The notes beneath the pieces were generated by a model. That model made no database searches, was not told the DNA's origin, and saw only the letters and a list, made by a program, of their open reading frames with translations. The translations under genes and the position numbers were made by a program. This document shows positions 9,377 to 18,178 of a DNA stretch of 64,000 bases, in pieces; the stretch's first letter is position 1, and each line of letters opens with the position of its first letter. This DNA comes from an uncultured Gammaproteobacteria bacterium (GTDB lineage Bacteria > Patescibacteriota > Microgenomatia > UBA1406), in assembly GCA_964414145.1 (NCBI GenBank), contig CAYPVH010000001.1, positions 156,851-220,850 of the forward strand, in the 5' to 3' direction.

Positions 9377-10522
9377 ATGAATAAAAAAATAATAAAATTA
9401 ATTTTTGTCTACTTGTTCTTTTTAGTTATTTCCACATTTTATTTTCTTGATAAAAATACTACCGGCGCCATTGGTTTTATTAAAAAAAACTTTTCCTCTA
9501 CAAGTGCGGGGACTGACTCAAGCAATCTTCCTAAAACCGAAACCTGTCCTCTAAACGGAGCCATGTATAGCCAAGCTGATAAAGAGGCCTGGGAAAAAAG
9601 AAGACCACTTGGCATAATGGTTGAAAACTCTGTTGAATCAAGACCTCAGTCGGGTCTGTCGGCCGCTGATATAGTCTTTGAAGCCGTTGCAGAGGGTGGA
9701 ATAACTAGGTTTTTGGCGGTATATTATTGTGAAGAACCCGAAATAGTTGGTCCGGTAAGGAGCGCTCGCGTCTATTTTATAGACTTTATTTCCGGTTTTG
9801 GGAATAAACCACTTTACGCTCATGTGGGTGGTGCTAATACGCCCGGACCAGCAGACGCCTTGGGTCAAATTGAAGAAATGGGTTGGGTCAACTATAACGA
9901 CCTAAATCAATTTTCTCTATCGTTCCCGATTTTTTGGCGAGATAATGAAAGATTGCCGGGGGTTGCTCTTGAGCACACCATGTATACAAACACACAAAGG
10001 TTGTGGCAGAAGGCAGCAGAGCGTAGTTTAACTAATATAGACAAAAAAGGTGATTCTTGGTCAAAAAACTATCGTTTCTGGGGTTTTGAAAAAGATCTGT
10101 CCTTGTCGGAAAGACCAAACAGTCAAACAATTAAATTTGGTTTTTGGGAAGACTATTCAAACTTTACTGTTACTTGGAAATATAACACAAACCAAAATTC
10201 ATACCTACGTTATTACGGTGATTCTGCCCATATTGATAAAAATACGGGAAAACCGCTTCAAGCAAAAAACGTTGTTGTTTTATATATGGACGAGTCGGTA
10301 GCGAACGACGGCTATGACAAGGGCCAGCATCTTTTGTATGAAACAATTGGAAAAGGCAAGGCTGTTGTTTTTAAAAACGGAAAAGCGGTTACGGCCGAGT
10401 GGGTTAAAAAAGACCGTTTTTCTCAGCTCTTCATTGTTGACGAAGACAGTAAGGAAATTAATTTTGTTGAGGGTAAAATTTGGTTTGAGGTTTTACCAAC
10501 AGGCAATAAACTAAGTTACTAA
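9377..10522 (+). CDS. DUF3048-domain (YerB-like) secreted/lipoprotein
   Basis: 381 aa with a signal anchor. The motif PLGIMVENSVESRPQSGLSAADIVFEAVAEGGITRFLAVYY is typical of DUF3048. Confidence 0.75.
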   Translation: MNKKIIKLIFVYLFFLVISTFYFLDKNTTGAIGFIKKNFSSTSAGTDSSNLPKTETCPLNGAMYSQADKEAWEKRRPLGIMVENSVESRPQSGLSAADIVFEAVAEGGITRFLAVYYCEEPEIVGPVRSARVYFIDFISGFGNKPLYAHVGGANTPGPADALGQIEEMGWVNYNDLNQFSLSFPIFWRDNERLPGVALEHTMYTNTQRLWQKAAERSLTNIDKKGDSWSKNYRFWGFEKDLSLSERPNSQTIKFGFWEDYSNFTVTWKYNTNQNSYLRYYGDSAHIDKNTGKPLQAKNVVVLYMDESVANDGYDKGQHLLYETIGKGKAVVFKNGKAVTAEWVKKDRFSQLFIVDEDSKEINFVEGKIWFEVLPTGNKLSY

Positions 10523-10525
10523 GCA

Positions 10526-11098
10526 ATGCTTAAAATAATTTTTGGGAGCAAAACAAAAGCCAAACTCATACTTCTGTTTTTCGAAAATCCACAAGTAAAG
10601 ATTCATATGAGAGGGGCTCAGAGATTGGTTAATGAGCGGATAAACTCAGTTCGGAGCGCCCTTGTTTCTTTAGTTGAAGCAAGGGTTTTGGTCAGAGAAA
10701 AAATAGGGCGAAGAGTATTTTTTAAAGCAAACGACAGGTTTGAGTTGTATGATGAGTTTTTAAGATTGGTAGCAAAAAAAACCGGAATCGGCAAGAAAAT
10801 CATTAATGAAAAACATCGGCTTGGCTCTTTAAAAACTGTAATCTTAAGCAGTAATTATTATCGTTATAACAACCGCTCAAACGAAATAGACCTTTTTATT
10901 ATCGGCAATGTTTCACTGGCAGAAGTGGCAAAGTTCACTAAAGAAGAAGGGGAAAGGCGAGGTGTGGAAATAAATTATAGCGTAATGAGTCGAGATGAAT
11001 TTATTTTTAGAAAAAAAAACAAAGACCCTTTTTTGCTTAAAATATTACAACAAGGTAGGTTGTTTTTAGTAGGTAAAGAAGAAGACTTGTTGGTTTAG
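10526..11098 (+). CDS. putative winged-helix transcriptional regulator
   Basis: 190 aa. The N-terminal region is ArsR/MarR-like wHTH (KAKLILLFFENP...RGAQRLVNERINSVRSALVSLVEARVL). The C-terminal domain is unassigned. Confidence 0.4.
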   Translation: MLKIIFGSKTKAKLILLFFENPQVKIHMRGAQRLVNERINSVRSALVSLVEARVLVREKIGRRVFFKANDRFELYDEFLRLVAKKTGIGKKIINEKHRLGSLKTVILSSNYYRYNNRSNEIDLFIIGNVSLAEVAKFTKEEGERRGVEINYSVMSRDEFIFRKKNKDPFLLKILQQGRLFLVGKEEDLLV

Positions 11099-11100
11099 TA

Positions 11101-11304
11101 TTAATAAAAATAATATCTAACCAACACTTGTGCTGCGAGGATTAATAATGTAAGAAAAAGGGAAAAATAAACCTCATTTATTAACCACTTGGTCATGTTA
11201 TTCTTTTTAAGACCATGGTTGTTTATTGGTGGTAGTTTATTGGTTGGTTTATTGTAAATTTCAAACACGTGTTTTTGTGCTCTGGTTGTTGTTTTTTTAT
11301 TCAT
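11101..11304 (-). CDS. hypothetical small membrane protein
   Basis: 67-aa ORF with a C-terminal TM. No other support. Confidence 0.3.
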   Translation of the reverse strand: MNKKTTTRAQKHVFEIYNKPTNKLPPINNHGLKKNNMTKWLINEVYFSLFLTLLILAAQVLVRYYFY

Positions 11305-11342
11305 TTGCCGTTTGGTCTAAAACTTCTTAAAATATAAGTATA

Positions 11343-11846
11343 ATGCAGAATCAAGCCAAGAACAAGGGTGACTTTTTTGAGTGGAGTTCACCCATTAGGT
11401 ATTTTGAAAAAAAACCAAAACAATATTTCCGTGCTTTAGTGGTATTGGCGGTTGTGCTAACCCTTTTTTTGTATTTTCTTTCAGAACCATTAATGATAGT
11501 TTTAGTTTGGTTAACAACCTTTGTAGCTGCTGTTAAAGCACTAGTGCCACCACCCAGTGTTTCCTACAAACTTAACAAGTTTGGTATTCAGTTTTTAGAA
11601 AAAACAGTGCCTTTCTCGGTTATTTCAAGCTTTGCTTTACAAACTAAAAAACACACCGAAATTCTTTATATTTACCTAAACACCACTACTTTTTCCGAAT
11701 TTACTATTATTTTACCCAATGAAACAACCACAAAGGAAGAAATTATTGAATATCTTAAAGAAAGGGTTCCTTATATTAGCGAACGCCCAGTAAGCACAAC
11801 AGAAAAAATAGGTGTTTTTTTAGGAAGAATTACCGGTCTTGATTAA
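11343..11846 (+). CDS. hypothetical two-TM membrane protein
   Basis: 167 aa with two adjacent TM helices followed by a soluble domain. No motif recognised. Confidence 0.5.
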   Translation: MQNQAKNKGDFFEWSSPIRYFEKKPKQYFRALVVLAVVLTLFLYFLSEPLMIVLVWLTTFVAAVKALVPPPSVSYKLNKFGIQFLEKTVPFSVISSFALQTKKHTEILYIYLNTTTFSEFTIILPNETTTKEEIIEYLKERVPYISERPVSTTEKIGVFLGRITGLD

Positions 11847-12443
11847 TTCTTTTAATTGATTAACAAAAACCTCCGGCAACATTTCTTTTACCCCAAACTT
11901 TCTTGCCCAGGTTAGTAGCCCCTGGTCGGAACTAACAAGAGTAGCGTTTTTTTCACGGGCAAGCAGTATTAATTCTAAATCAATTGTTGAGTCGATAAAA
12001 CCCTCCCGAGTTGCTCTTCTATATTTTTCTCTAAGTTCCTTAACGTATTTTTCTTTATTTTCTCTGGCCTCTTCTTTACTACAACCCGTATCAAGCACTT
12101 TATTTAAAGACTCTTCTGTGGTTCTAAGCCCTCGATAAAGTCTACGACCTATTTCTTCAACTAGCGTCATAAACAAAGTTGCGTTAAAAGAAAGATTGGT
12201 AATTCCAGCCGACGTTAGAGACACATTGTTTCTCAAATCATTAATAACTTGGTTCTTACCATCAAAAAAACCCATCAGTTCATCAAAGGCGGGGGGCGTC
12301 ATTAAAACCTCAATCATACCTTTGTTGGTGAGTTCTTTAACCATTTTTTCTATATTAACCAATACCTCTTCCTTTGTTTTTCCAATACCAAGAGGTCTTT
12401 GAAGATTAATAAACAAATTAGTGTCTAACACGTATTTTGTCAT
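11820..12443 (-). CDS. PIN-domain protein (resembles archaeal RNA-ligase-partner type PIN proteins)
   Basis: Met22 of the ORF (MTKYVLDTNLFIN, ATG at 12443) starts a PIN fold with acidic residues (DTN ... FDE ... SSD). The ORF-track start at 12506 would overlap the upstream gene. Confidence 0.6.
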   Translation of the reverse strand: MTKYVLDTNLFINLQRPLGIGKTKEEVLVNIEKMVKELTNKGMIEVLMTPPAFDELMGFFDGKNQVINDLRNNVSLTSAGITNLSFNATLFMTLVEEIGRRLYRGLRTTEESLNKVLDTGCSKEEARENKEKYVKELREKYRRATREGFIDSTIDLELILLAREKNATLVSSDQGLLTWARKFGVKEMLPEVFVNQLKELIKTGNSS

Positions 12444-12474
12444 CTGTATTAGTATAACACCTTTTATGAGCGGC

Positions 12475-14586
12475 TCAGATTGTTTTTCTTTTGATTTTAA
12501 GAACAATAAGGGCAGCAGAGATTAGAGTTACTAGAAGCACAAATAAAATAATAAATAAGTTTTTATTAGTGTTTTTTGCTGGGGTAATTTGATCTTCTGG
12601 GGGTATAGTGCTATTGGTGATAGGATTTTGCTGGGGAGTGCTGTTTGCCAAGAACACGCTTGAGGGCACCGTTTGTGGTGTTTCAGTTTTAATTTTTTCA
12701 ATCACTTCAGAATTTGGTTTATATGCGGGGGAACTTGAGCGATAAAGGCTGTTATTAGTCTCAGAAAAATAAACAATATTTGTTTTCCTAAACTGTGAAA
12801 CTGTTTGAATCTGTGCTTGGCTTTGCTTTTCTGGTGGAGTTATTTTTAAGGCAAAACCAAATGGGGGCAGAGAATTATTGTTCAGCGCAAAAAAACCATC
12901 TTTATCGGCCCTGGTTTTAAAATATGTTAGGTTTCCCATCGAAGGAATAACAATTTCTACTTTCGCGTTAGGAATGGTTTCAAGCTTTTGGTTAAATATG
13001 AAACCACTCATTTGTGTTGGAATCAAAGAAACACTGTAGGGGTGCTTGTTTTCAACAGCTTCAACTTGTGTTACAGTCGTAATCAGTCGGGCCAAGCGTT
13101 TTAAAACCGTATCTTTCTGTATTGCTATTAAACTCATCTTCTCAACCACTAAATCAACCTTGTCGACGCTATCTGTGATTAGCACTTCAGGAACCAAGAG
13201 GCTAAACGCACCTGTAATATCAGCGCTGGTTTGGGCAACTTCTTCGCCTTTAATAAGCGCCTTTACAATTGCATTAGGGTGCGAAACTCTTCCCGTAATT
13301 GTTTGTATATTTTTGTCTCTTGTGTTTTGTGCATAAACTATTTCAGCAGGAGAGCCGCTATAATTAGTATCGGTGGGATCAATAATAATGTCGCGTCGCT
13401 CTTGTTTACCGGCCTTTTCAATAATTGGCTCATTGCTGTCTGCATACAACAAATCTCTTTTAAAATATTTTTGCTCCGGATCAATTACTGCCAGCCGACT
13501 TAAGGCATTATTCACGTTACTATTGTTTGGAGGAAACAAGAAACCGTCTTTATAGGGGAATAAAAAATAAGTACCCGGTTCAACTGCAAAATTAAACATT
13601 CCAGCGGGGTCGGTGTTAAAGGGATTTACAAAAAAAGGGTTATTGGGAACGGTTGTTTTTACAACTTGCTCATTATTATTAAGGTTTTTTAAAGTAACAG
13701 TGGTGTTTTTTACTGGTTCTAAATAAAGTGAGTCAATAATTTTACCGTATGGATCCCAAAAAATAGTAATACAGTTGGTGTTTGCCGGCTCAAGCCCTTG
13801 AGCGGGAGTAAATGTGGCTAGTTTCAATGCTCTGGTTAGGGCTTCTGTGTTGTTTTCAAGTCCAGACATGTCAAGTATTTGCAAGCCGTAAAAAGCATGG
13901 TCCAGGCCGGCCCGAGTATAACTATCAACAAGGTTAAGTGAAAACTCTCCATCGGGGCCTGCAAATATTTCATCTTTTGCTTTAGAATAAATTTTGAGTT
14001 TAGATTCCCAACCGGTTTCAATGTGACCAGCTTCGGCCTTATTTATAGAAGAAGTTCCTGCTGTCGGCTCCATTACTTCCGTTGGGCAAACAACTACACC
14101 ATTTTTGTCTTCAGCACATTCCCAATACGAACCCTGTTTGGCATAAGCATCCATACAACAAACCGTTTGGTCATTTTGGTCAATGCAGTCTGGGCTTCCT
14201 GCTTCAAACCAGGGGCACCTTTCATTACAAATTCCCTCACCCACCTTTTCTTGAATACAGGGGGTTTTTACTCCTTCACCAATTGGTAAACACTCCGGAT
14301 CACCGTCTGCGGGATTACAGAAAGTACGAGGCAAATTTCTTAAAAGATATATCGGAGTGTCTGGTTGAAAAACTCCCTGGCTGTTGTTTTGTAGGTCTAC
14401 AAAGTGGCCGAATTGGTTCTGTCCGTCTATCTCAGCCTCTGTATAGTTACGGGTAACGTCCAAACAACTTACTACCACGCTCTGACCACCTTCTTGGGCT
14501 TGTGATTTCTGGGGAGTAATAAGAATCAACAAAAACAAACTCAAAAAAACTAACTTCCATAACAATCCTTTTCTGATGGCTTGCAT
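12475..14586 (-). CDS. large secreted, C-terminally membrane-anchored surface protein with Cys-rich N-domain
   Basis: 703 aa with a signal peptide (LWKLVFLSLFLLILITPQKSQA). About 14 Cys lie in the first ~170 residues. There are carboxypeptidase-regulatory-like beta-sandwich motifs (ADKDGFFAL, ITGAFSL) and a C-terminal TM plus KIKRK. Confidence 0.6.
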   Translation of the reverse strand: MQAIRKGLLWKLVFLSLFLLILITPQKSQAQEGGQSVVVSCLDVTRNYTEAEIDGQNQFGHFVDLQNNSQGVFQPDTPIYLLRNLPRTFCNPADGDPECLPIGEGVKTPCIQEKVGEGICNERCPWFEAGSPDCIDQNDQTVCCMDAYAKQGSYWECAEDKNGVVVCPTEVMEPTAGTSSINKAEAGHIETGWESKLKIYSKAKDEIFAGPDGEFSLNLVDSYTRAGLDHAFYGLQILDMSGLENNTEALTRALKLATFTPAQGLEPANTNCITIFWDPYGKIIDSLYLEPVKNTTVTLKNLNNNEQVVKTTVPNNPFFVNPFNTDPAGMFNFAVEPGTYFLFPYKDGFLFPPNNSNVNNALSRLAVIDPEQKYFKRDLLYADSNEPIIEKAGKQERRDIIIDPTDTNYSGSPAEIVYAQNTRDKNIQTITGRVSHPNAIVKALIKGEEVAQTSADITGAFSLLVPEVLITDSVDKVDLVVEKMSLIAIQKDTVLKRLARLITTVTQVEAVENKHPYSVSLIPTQMSGFIFNQKLETIPNAKVEIVIPSMGNLTYFKTRADKDGFFALNNNSLPPFGFALKITPPEKQSQAQIQTVSQFRKTNIVYFSETNNSLYRSSSPAYKPNSEVIEKIKTETPQTVPSSVFLANSTPQQNPITNSTIPPEDQITPAKNTNKNLFIILFVLLVTLISAALIVLKIKRKTI

Positions 14587-14593
14587 TATACTA

Positions 14594-14623
14594 ATCTTAC
14601 AAAAGTATTTACAACTTTGTCAA
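14594..14623 (-). promoter_or_regulatory. promoter of the surface-protein gene
   Basis: On the minus strand: TTGACA (plus 14618-14623), 18-nt spacer ending TG, TAAGAT (plus 14594-14599), then 7 nt to the ATG at 14586. Confidence 0.5.
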
Positions 14624-14693
14624 AACAATCCACACAAAAAATGTAGACTATATGCACTTGTAAACCTTTTATGAATAAGATATTCTGTCTAGT

Positions 14694-15692
14694 ATGGCAA
14701 AAACATCAACAAAAAGTAACCCAAAACAAGACGCGGTAAAACTGGCAATGGAGCAGATTAAAAAGCAATATGGGAAAGGTGCAATTATGAGATTGGGAGA
14801 AAAGCCTATCGAAAAAATAGAAGTTTTGTCAACCGGAATTTTTTCGTTAGACACGGCGCTTGTAACAGGGGGACTGCCTCGTGGGCGGGTGATAGAAATT
14901 TTTGGTCCAGAGTCATCGGGAAAAACCACGATTTGTTTATCGATTATGGCAGAAACTCAAAAGAGCGGTGGCATCGCTGCTTTTATTGATGCCGAACACG
15001 CCCTTGACCCAGAATGGGCAAGAATTCTTGGGGTAGATCTTGATAATTTACTGGTTTCTCAGCCCGATACCGGCGAGCAGGCACTTGAAATTGCAGAAAC
15101 TTTAATCAGAAGTGGCGGAGTAGATTTGGTGGTTATAGATTCGGTTGCGGCACTAGTACCAAAATCTGAAATAGAAGGGGAAATGGGAGATTCGTCAATG
15201 GGTGTACAAGCTAGGCTGATGTCACAGGCATTAAGGAAATTGACCGGTGTTTTATCAAAATCAAAAACAACTGTAATTTTTACCAACCAAATTAGGCAGA
15301 AGATTGGCATTGTTTTTGGTAACCCCGAAACAACACCAGGTGGGCTCGCATTAAAATTCTATGCCTCGGTAAGAATGGACATTCGTCGAATTCAAGTGAT
15401 GAAAAAGGGAGACGTAATTACCGGAACAAAAACCAGAGTAAAAATAATCAAAAACAAAATGGCGCCCCCTTTTAAAGAAGCGGAAATTGTGATTACTTCA
15501 AAAGGAATCGATAAAGAGGGTTCGGTAGTTGACACAGCGGTAAAGTGGGGCATTTTAGCTAAAAGTGGCTCCTTTATTAAATATAAAGACGAAACTTTGG
15601 GTCAGGGTGCCGAATCAACAAAAGAAGCGCTCCAAAAAAATAAGAAACTATTTGAACAAATTAAAGCAGAAACCTTAAAAGCAGTTGTATAA
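14694..15692 (+). CDS. recA: recombinase RecA
   Basis: 332 aa with Walker [19 protein letters not shown], and L2-loop context. Confidence 0.98.
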   Translation: MAKTSTKSNPKQDAVKLAMEQIKKQYGKGAIMRLGEKPIEKIEVLSTGIFSLDTALVTGGLPRGRVIEIFGPESSGKTTICLSIMAETQKSGGIAAFIDAEHALDPEWARILGVDLDNLLVSQPDTGEQALEIAETLIRSGGVDLVVIDSVAALVPKSEIEGEMGDSSMGVQARLMSQALRKLTGVLSKSKTTVIFTNQIRQKIGIVFGNPETTPGGLALKFYASVRMDIRRIQVMKKGDVITGTKTRVKIIKNKMAPPFKEAEIVITSKGIDKEGSVVDTAVKWGILAKSGSFIKYKDETLGQGAESTKEALQKNKKLFEQIKAETLKAVV

Positions 15693-15695
15693 AGA

Positions 15696-16385
15696 GTGAG
15701 TAGTAATTTAACCAATATTATTTTTCCCTCATTTTGTTTTGGTTGTACGCGTCCCGGTTATGGTTTTTGTTACTCCTGTCTTAAAAAATACACTAATCCT
15801 TTTGGTCAGAAGTGTCTTTATTGCGGTTCAAAATCTCTTTTTGGAATTAGTCATAGAAGGTGTAAAAGTCATAAAAATGCCATAGATGCTGTTTTTATCT
15901 TTTACTCGTATAAGGGTTTAATAAACAAAATACTTAAGAGAGTTAAGTACTCTTCTCAACCCCAGTTATTAAATAATTACTTAATGTTTATTCCAATGGA
16001 GCAGTTGTTTCTATTAAAAAAATGGTTGCAATTTTACCGATTAAATATAATTACACATATTCCACTTTTTAAAACAGATCATATTCAGCGAGGTTTTAAT
16101 CAATCAGAAATAATTGCCCGTTTTATTTCTCAAAAATTTGGTCTAAAACATATCTGTTTGCTAAAGAAAATCAAGAAAACAAAAAAACAATCACAAATCG
16201 AAAAAAAATTGCGAAGAAAAAATATTAATGGTGTTTTTACTAATCTGGAAACAGCTGCAGCAGACAGTGTTTTGTTGGTTGACGACGTTATTACAACAGG
16301 GGCAACAGTGACCGAGGCTGCCGCCACACTTCTGGCAGGGGGGGTAAAAAAAGTCTTCGCTCTGTCATTGTTCGGGGCTTTCTAG
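15696..16385 (+). CDS. comF: ComF-family phosphoribosyltransferase-like competence protein
   Basis: 229 aa with a GTG start 3 nt after the recA stop. Has an N-terminal double CxxC zinc ribbon and the C-terminal PRTase motif LLVDDVITTGATV. Confidence 0.8.
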   Translation: MSSNLTNIIFPSFCFGCTRPGYGFCYSCLKKYTNPFGQKCLYCGSKSLFGISHRRCKSHKNAIDAVFIFYSYKGLINKILKRVKYSSQPQLLNNYLMFIPMEQLFLLKKWLQFYRLNIITHIPLFKTDHIQRGFNQSEIIARFISQKFGLKHICLLKKIKKTKKQSQIEKKLRRKNINGVFTNLETAAADSVLLVDDVITTGATVTEAAATLLAGGVKKVFALSLFGAF

Positions 16386-17243
16386 TTAAAAAGGAAGCTC
16401 GATATGTTTTGTTAGTTTTTTTAAATGATTTTTAACCGTAATAAAAGAGCTGGTTATGGCCTTGTTTTTGTCTCCAGAATCTAATTTTGTGGTTTTTTCT
16501 TGATAAAGATGCCCACCCATCTCGTATTCATACAATTCCTTTTTAATGGGTTCGCCAAGCGCCGTATAGGCACCGGAAATTACATATTGAATTAAAAATT
16601 TTAAATAACCTATTTTTTCTGGTCTTCTAAACGAGGGGTAAAGATGGGGCTCTTTTAGTATTTTAAGCAATACCCCCATTTTTCTTGACCGCTGAACCAA
16701 GTCATGATCTTCTGCCAGTTTTAGTTTAATATCAAAACCACCAAGCTTAATAAATAGATTTTTTTCAATAATAATGTTAAAACCGGGGGCGAATGGCTTG
16801 CCGAGTAAGTTAAATGTGTCAATAATAAAATTGGTTAATTCAACCAGGAGTGCTTGAGTAGATGATTTGCTGTTTGTTGACAGGTGGGTTGTGTAGATTA
16901 AACCTTTATTTAAAAGCATTTCTTTGCTGAGCGTTGATAAAAAGTTCTTTGGAATACGAACGTCGGCGTCAAAAAAGACTAAATATTCCCCTTTGCTGTT
17001 TCTTGATCCATAATTCCTTTGTGCAGCAACCCCTTTATTATTCCCCTTAATAATACTTAGGTTAAGTTTTGATTTAAATTTAACAGCCTCCTTTATTGTA
17101 TTGTCGGTTGAGTCGCCATCAACTACTATTGTTTCAAAAAAGGGGTTGTTTTGTTTTGTTAAATCATTTAACAGAAGAGGTAGATATTTCTCTTCATTTA
17201 GAGTTGGAATGATAACCGAAAACATAAATTTATCTTTTTTCAT
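16386..17243 (-). CDS. family 2 glycosyltransferase
   Basis: 285 aa with the typical GT-A fold motifs FSVIIPTLNEEKYL, VVDGDSTD and FFDADV. Confidence 0.85.
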   Translation of the reverse strand: MKKDKFMFSVIIPTLNEEKYLPLLLNDLTKQNNPFFETIVVDGDSTDNTIKEAVKFKSKLNLSIIKGNNKGVAAQRNYGSRNSKGEYLVFFDADVRIPKNFLSTLSKEMLLNKGLIYTTHLSTNSKSSTQALLVELTNFIIDTFNLLGKPFAPGFNIIIEKNLFIKLGGFDIKLKLAEDHDLVQRSRKMGVLLKILKEPHLYPSFRRPEKIGYLKFLIQYVISGAYTALGEPIKKELYEYEMGGHLYQEKTTKLDSGDKNKAITSSFITVKNHLKKLTKHIELPF

Positions 17244-17278
17244 GGTTAATCTCTTCTTATTGTATACTATTTTTTAAG

Positions 17279-17422
17279 ATGAGGAAATATCTGGGTTGGT
17301 TTATACTTTTGTTTGGTCTATTTTTTTTGGGTTATTTTATCAACCAGCTTCTGTTCCAAAAAACTCAAAACCTGTCTCCAATTCCAAGCGATGACGTTAG
17401 GGTAAAAACAATAAACAACTAA
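17279..17422 (+). CDS. possible 47-aa membrane peptide (below ORF-track size cutoff)
   Basis: ATG at 17279 reads to TAA at 17420-17422 and encodes MRKYLGWFILLFGLFFLGYFINQLL..., which has one TM. TATACT lies at 17263-17268. No conservation evidence is available. Confidence 0.25.
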   Translation: MRKYLGWFILLFGLFFLGYFINQLLFQKTQNLSPIPSDDVRVKTINN

Positions 17423-17426
17423 ACTT

Positions 17427-17732
17427 TTAGTTTACTGGAATTTTAAATAAGGTCAGTTCAACCCCCAAGACGGTTTCGAGCAAGAAAAGTATCAAGTAAG
17501 CGCTGCTTAAGATTACCAATCCCAATACAGCCGAAAAAAAAGTTCCCTGAGCCTTTTTTAATTTATTAGCGTCGTCACCAGCTGTTAACCAACGAATTGC
17601 TCCAAGTGCAAACATTGCAAAAAGGATAATAAAAACCAGACCACCAAGCGCAACTATTAAGTTGTTAAAAAGCACTTCCAAACAGCTAAGTTGGGGAACG
17701 CCTTCTACTAAGCAACCACTCCAGTCTTTCAT
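17427..17732 (-). CDS. small two-TM pilin-like protein (VirB2/TrbC-like, T4SS_pilin type), paralog 1
   Basis: 101 aa. Shares the motif IRWLTAGDDANKLKKAQGTFFSAVLGLVIL between two hydrophobic helices. Confidence 0.6.
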   Translation of the reverse strand: MKDWSGCLVEGVPQLSCLEVLFNNLIVALGGLVFIILFAMFALGAIRWLTAGDDANKLKKAQGTFFSAVLGLVILSSAYLILFLLETVLGVELTLFKIPVN

Positions 17733-17777
17733 AATGAGTAGAACAAAAACCTAAGTAAAAATATTTAATTAGCTATG

Positions 17778-18125
17778 CTAAACTTCTCCAAATTTGGGGA
17801 TATAGATTTCTTTTGTGAAACCCATTCCAATTCCAAAAATGTTTTCAACCAATATTATTGCTCCCATTGACACAAATAAGATAATCAATCCGGTAACGGC
17901 AGTGGTAATTCTTTTTCTGGCTTTGTCAACTCTTTCTTTGTCGCCCCCAGATTGTATCCATTCTAAAGCTCCAAAAATTAGGTGGTAAAAAACGAATAAA
18001 CCAGCACCAACAAAAACGAGTCGAATTACCCACCCTAGTATTGATCCAAGCGAAAGGGCGTTGGTATTTAAAAATTCTGGCAAAACAACTGTTGCATTAA
18101 CTTGAGCCAAAAGCAATTTATCCAT
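17778..18125 (-). CDS. small two-TM pilin-like protein, paralog 2
   Basis: 115 aa with the motif LEWIQSGGDKERVDKARKRITTAVTGLIIL. Confidence 0.6.
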   Translation of the reverse strand: MDKLLLAQVNATVVLPEFLNTNALSLGSILGWVIRLVFVGAGLFVFYHLIFGALEWIQSGGDKERVDKARKRITTAVTGLIILFVSMGAIILVENIFGIGMGFTKEIYIPKFGEV

Positions 18126-18178
18126 TTAATTAAATATATAATTTCTAAAGATTACCTTTTTAAAATATACAAACAAAG

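Noticed and set aside
12444-12506. ORF-track N-terminal extension of the PIN gene (start at 12506). Similar extensions occur for secD (5866), dnaN (7738), rlmN (43038), rpiB (47219), the 2-hydroxyacid dehydrogenase (26805), hsp20 (58457) and the GH gene (55168).
   Set aside because: The extensions overlap upstream genes, promoters or repeat modules and add non-conserved residues. Internal ATG or GTG codons fit the family N-termini and the recurrent -10-to-start spacing.
14673-14685. Palindrome GAATA-AGA-TATTC overlapping the recA -10 region, considered as an SOS/LexA-type operator.
   Set aside because: It has only 5-bp AT-rich arms, which are expected by chance in this composition. It matches no known LexA consensus (CTGT-N8-ACAG or CGAAC-N4-GTTCG), and no lexA gene is seen.
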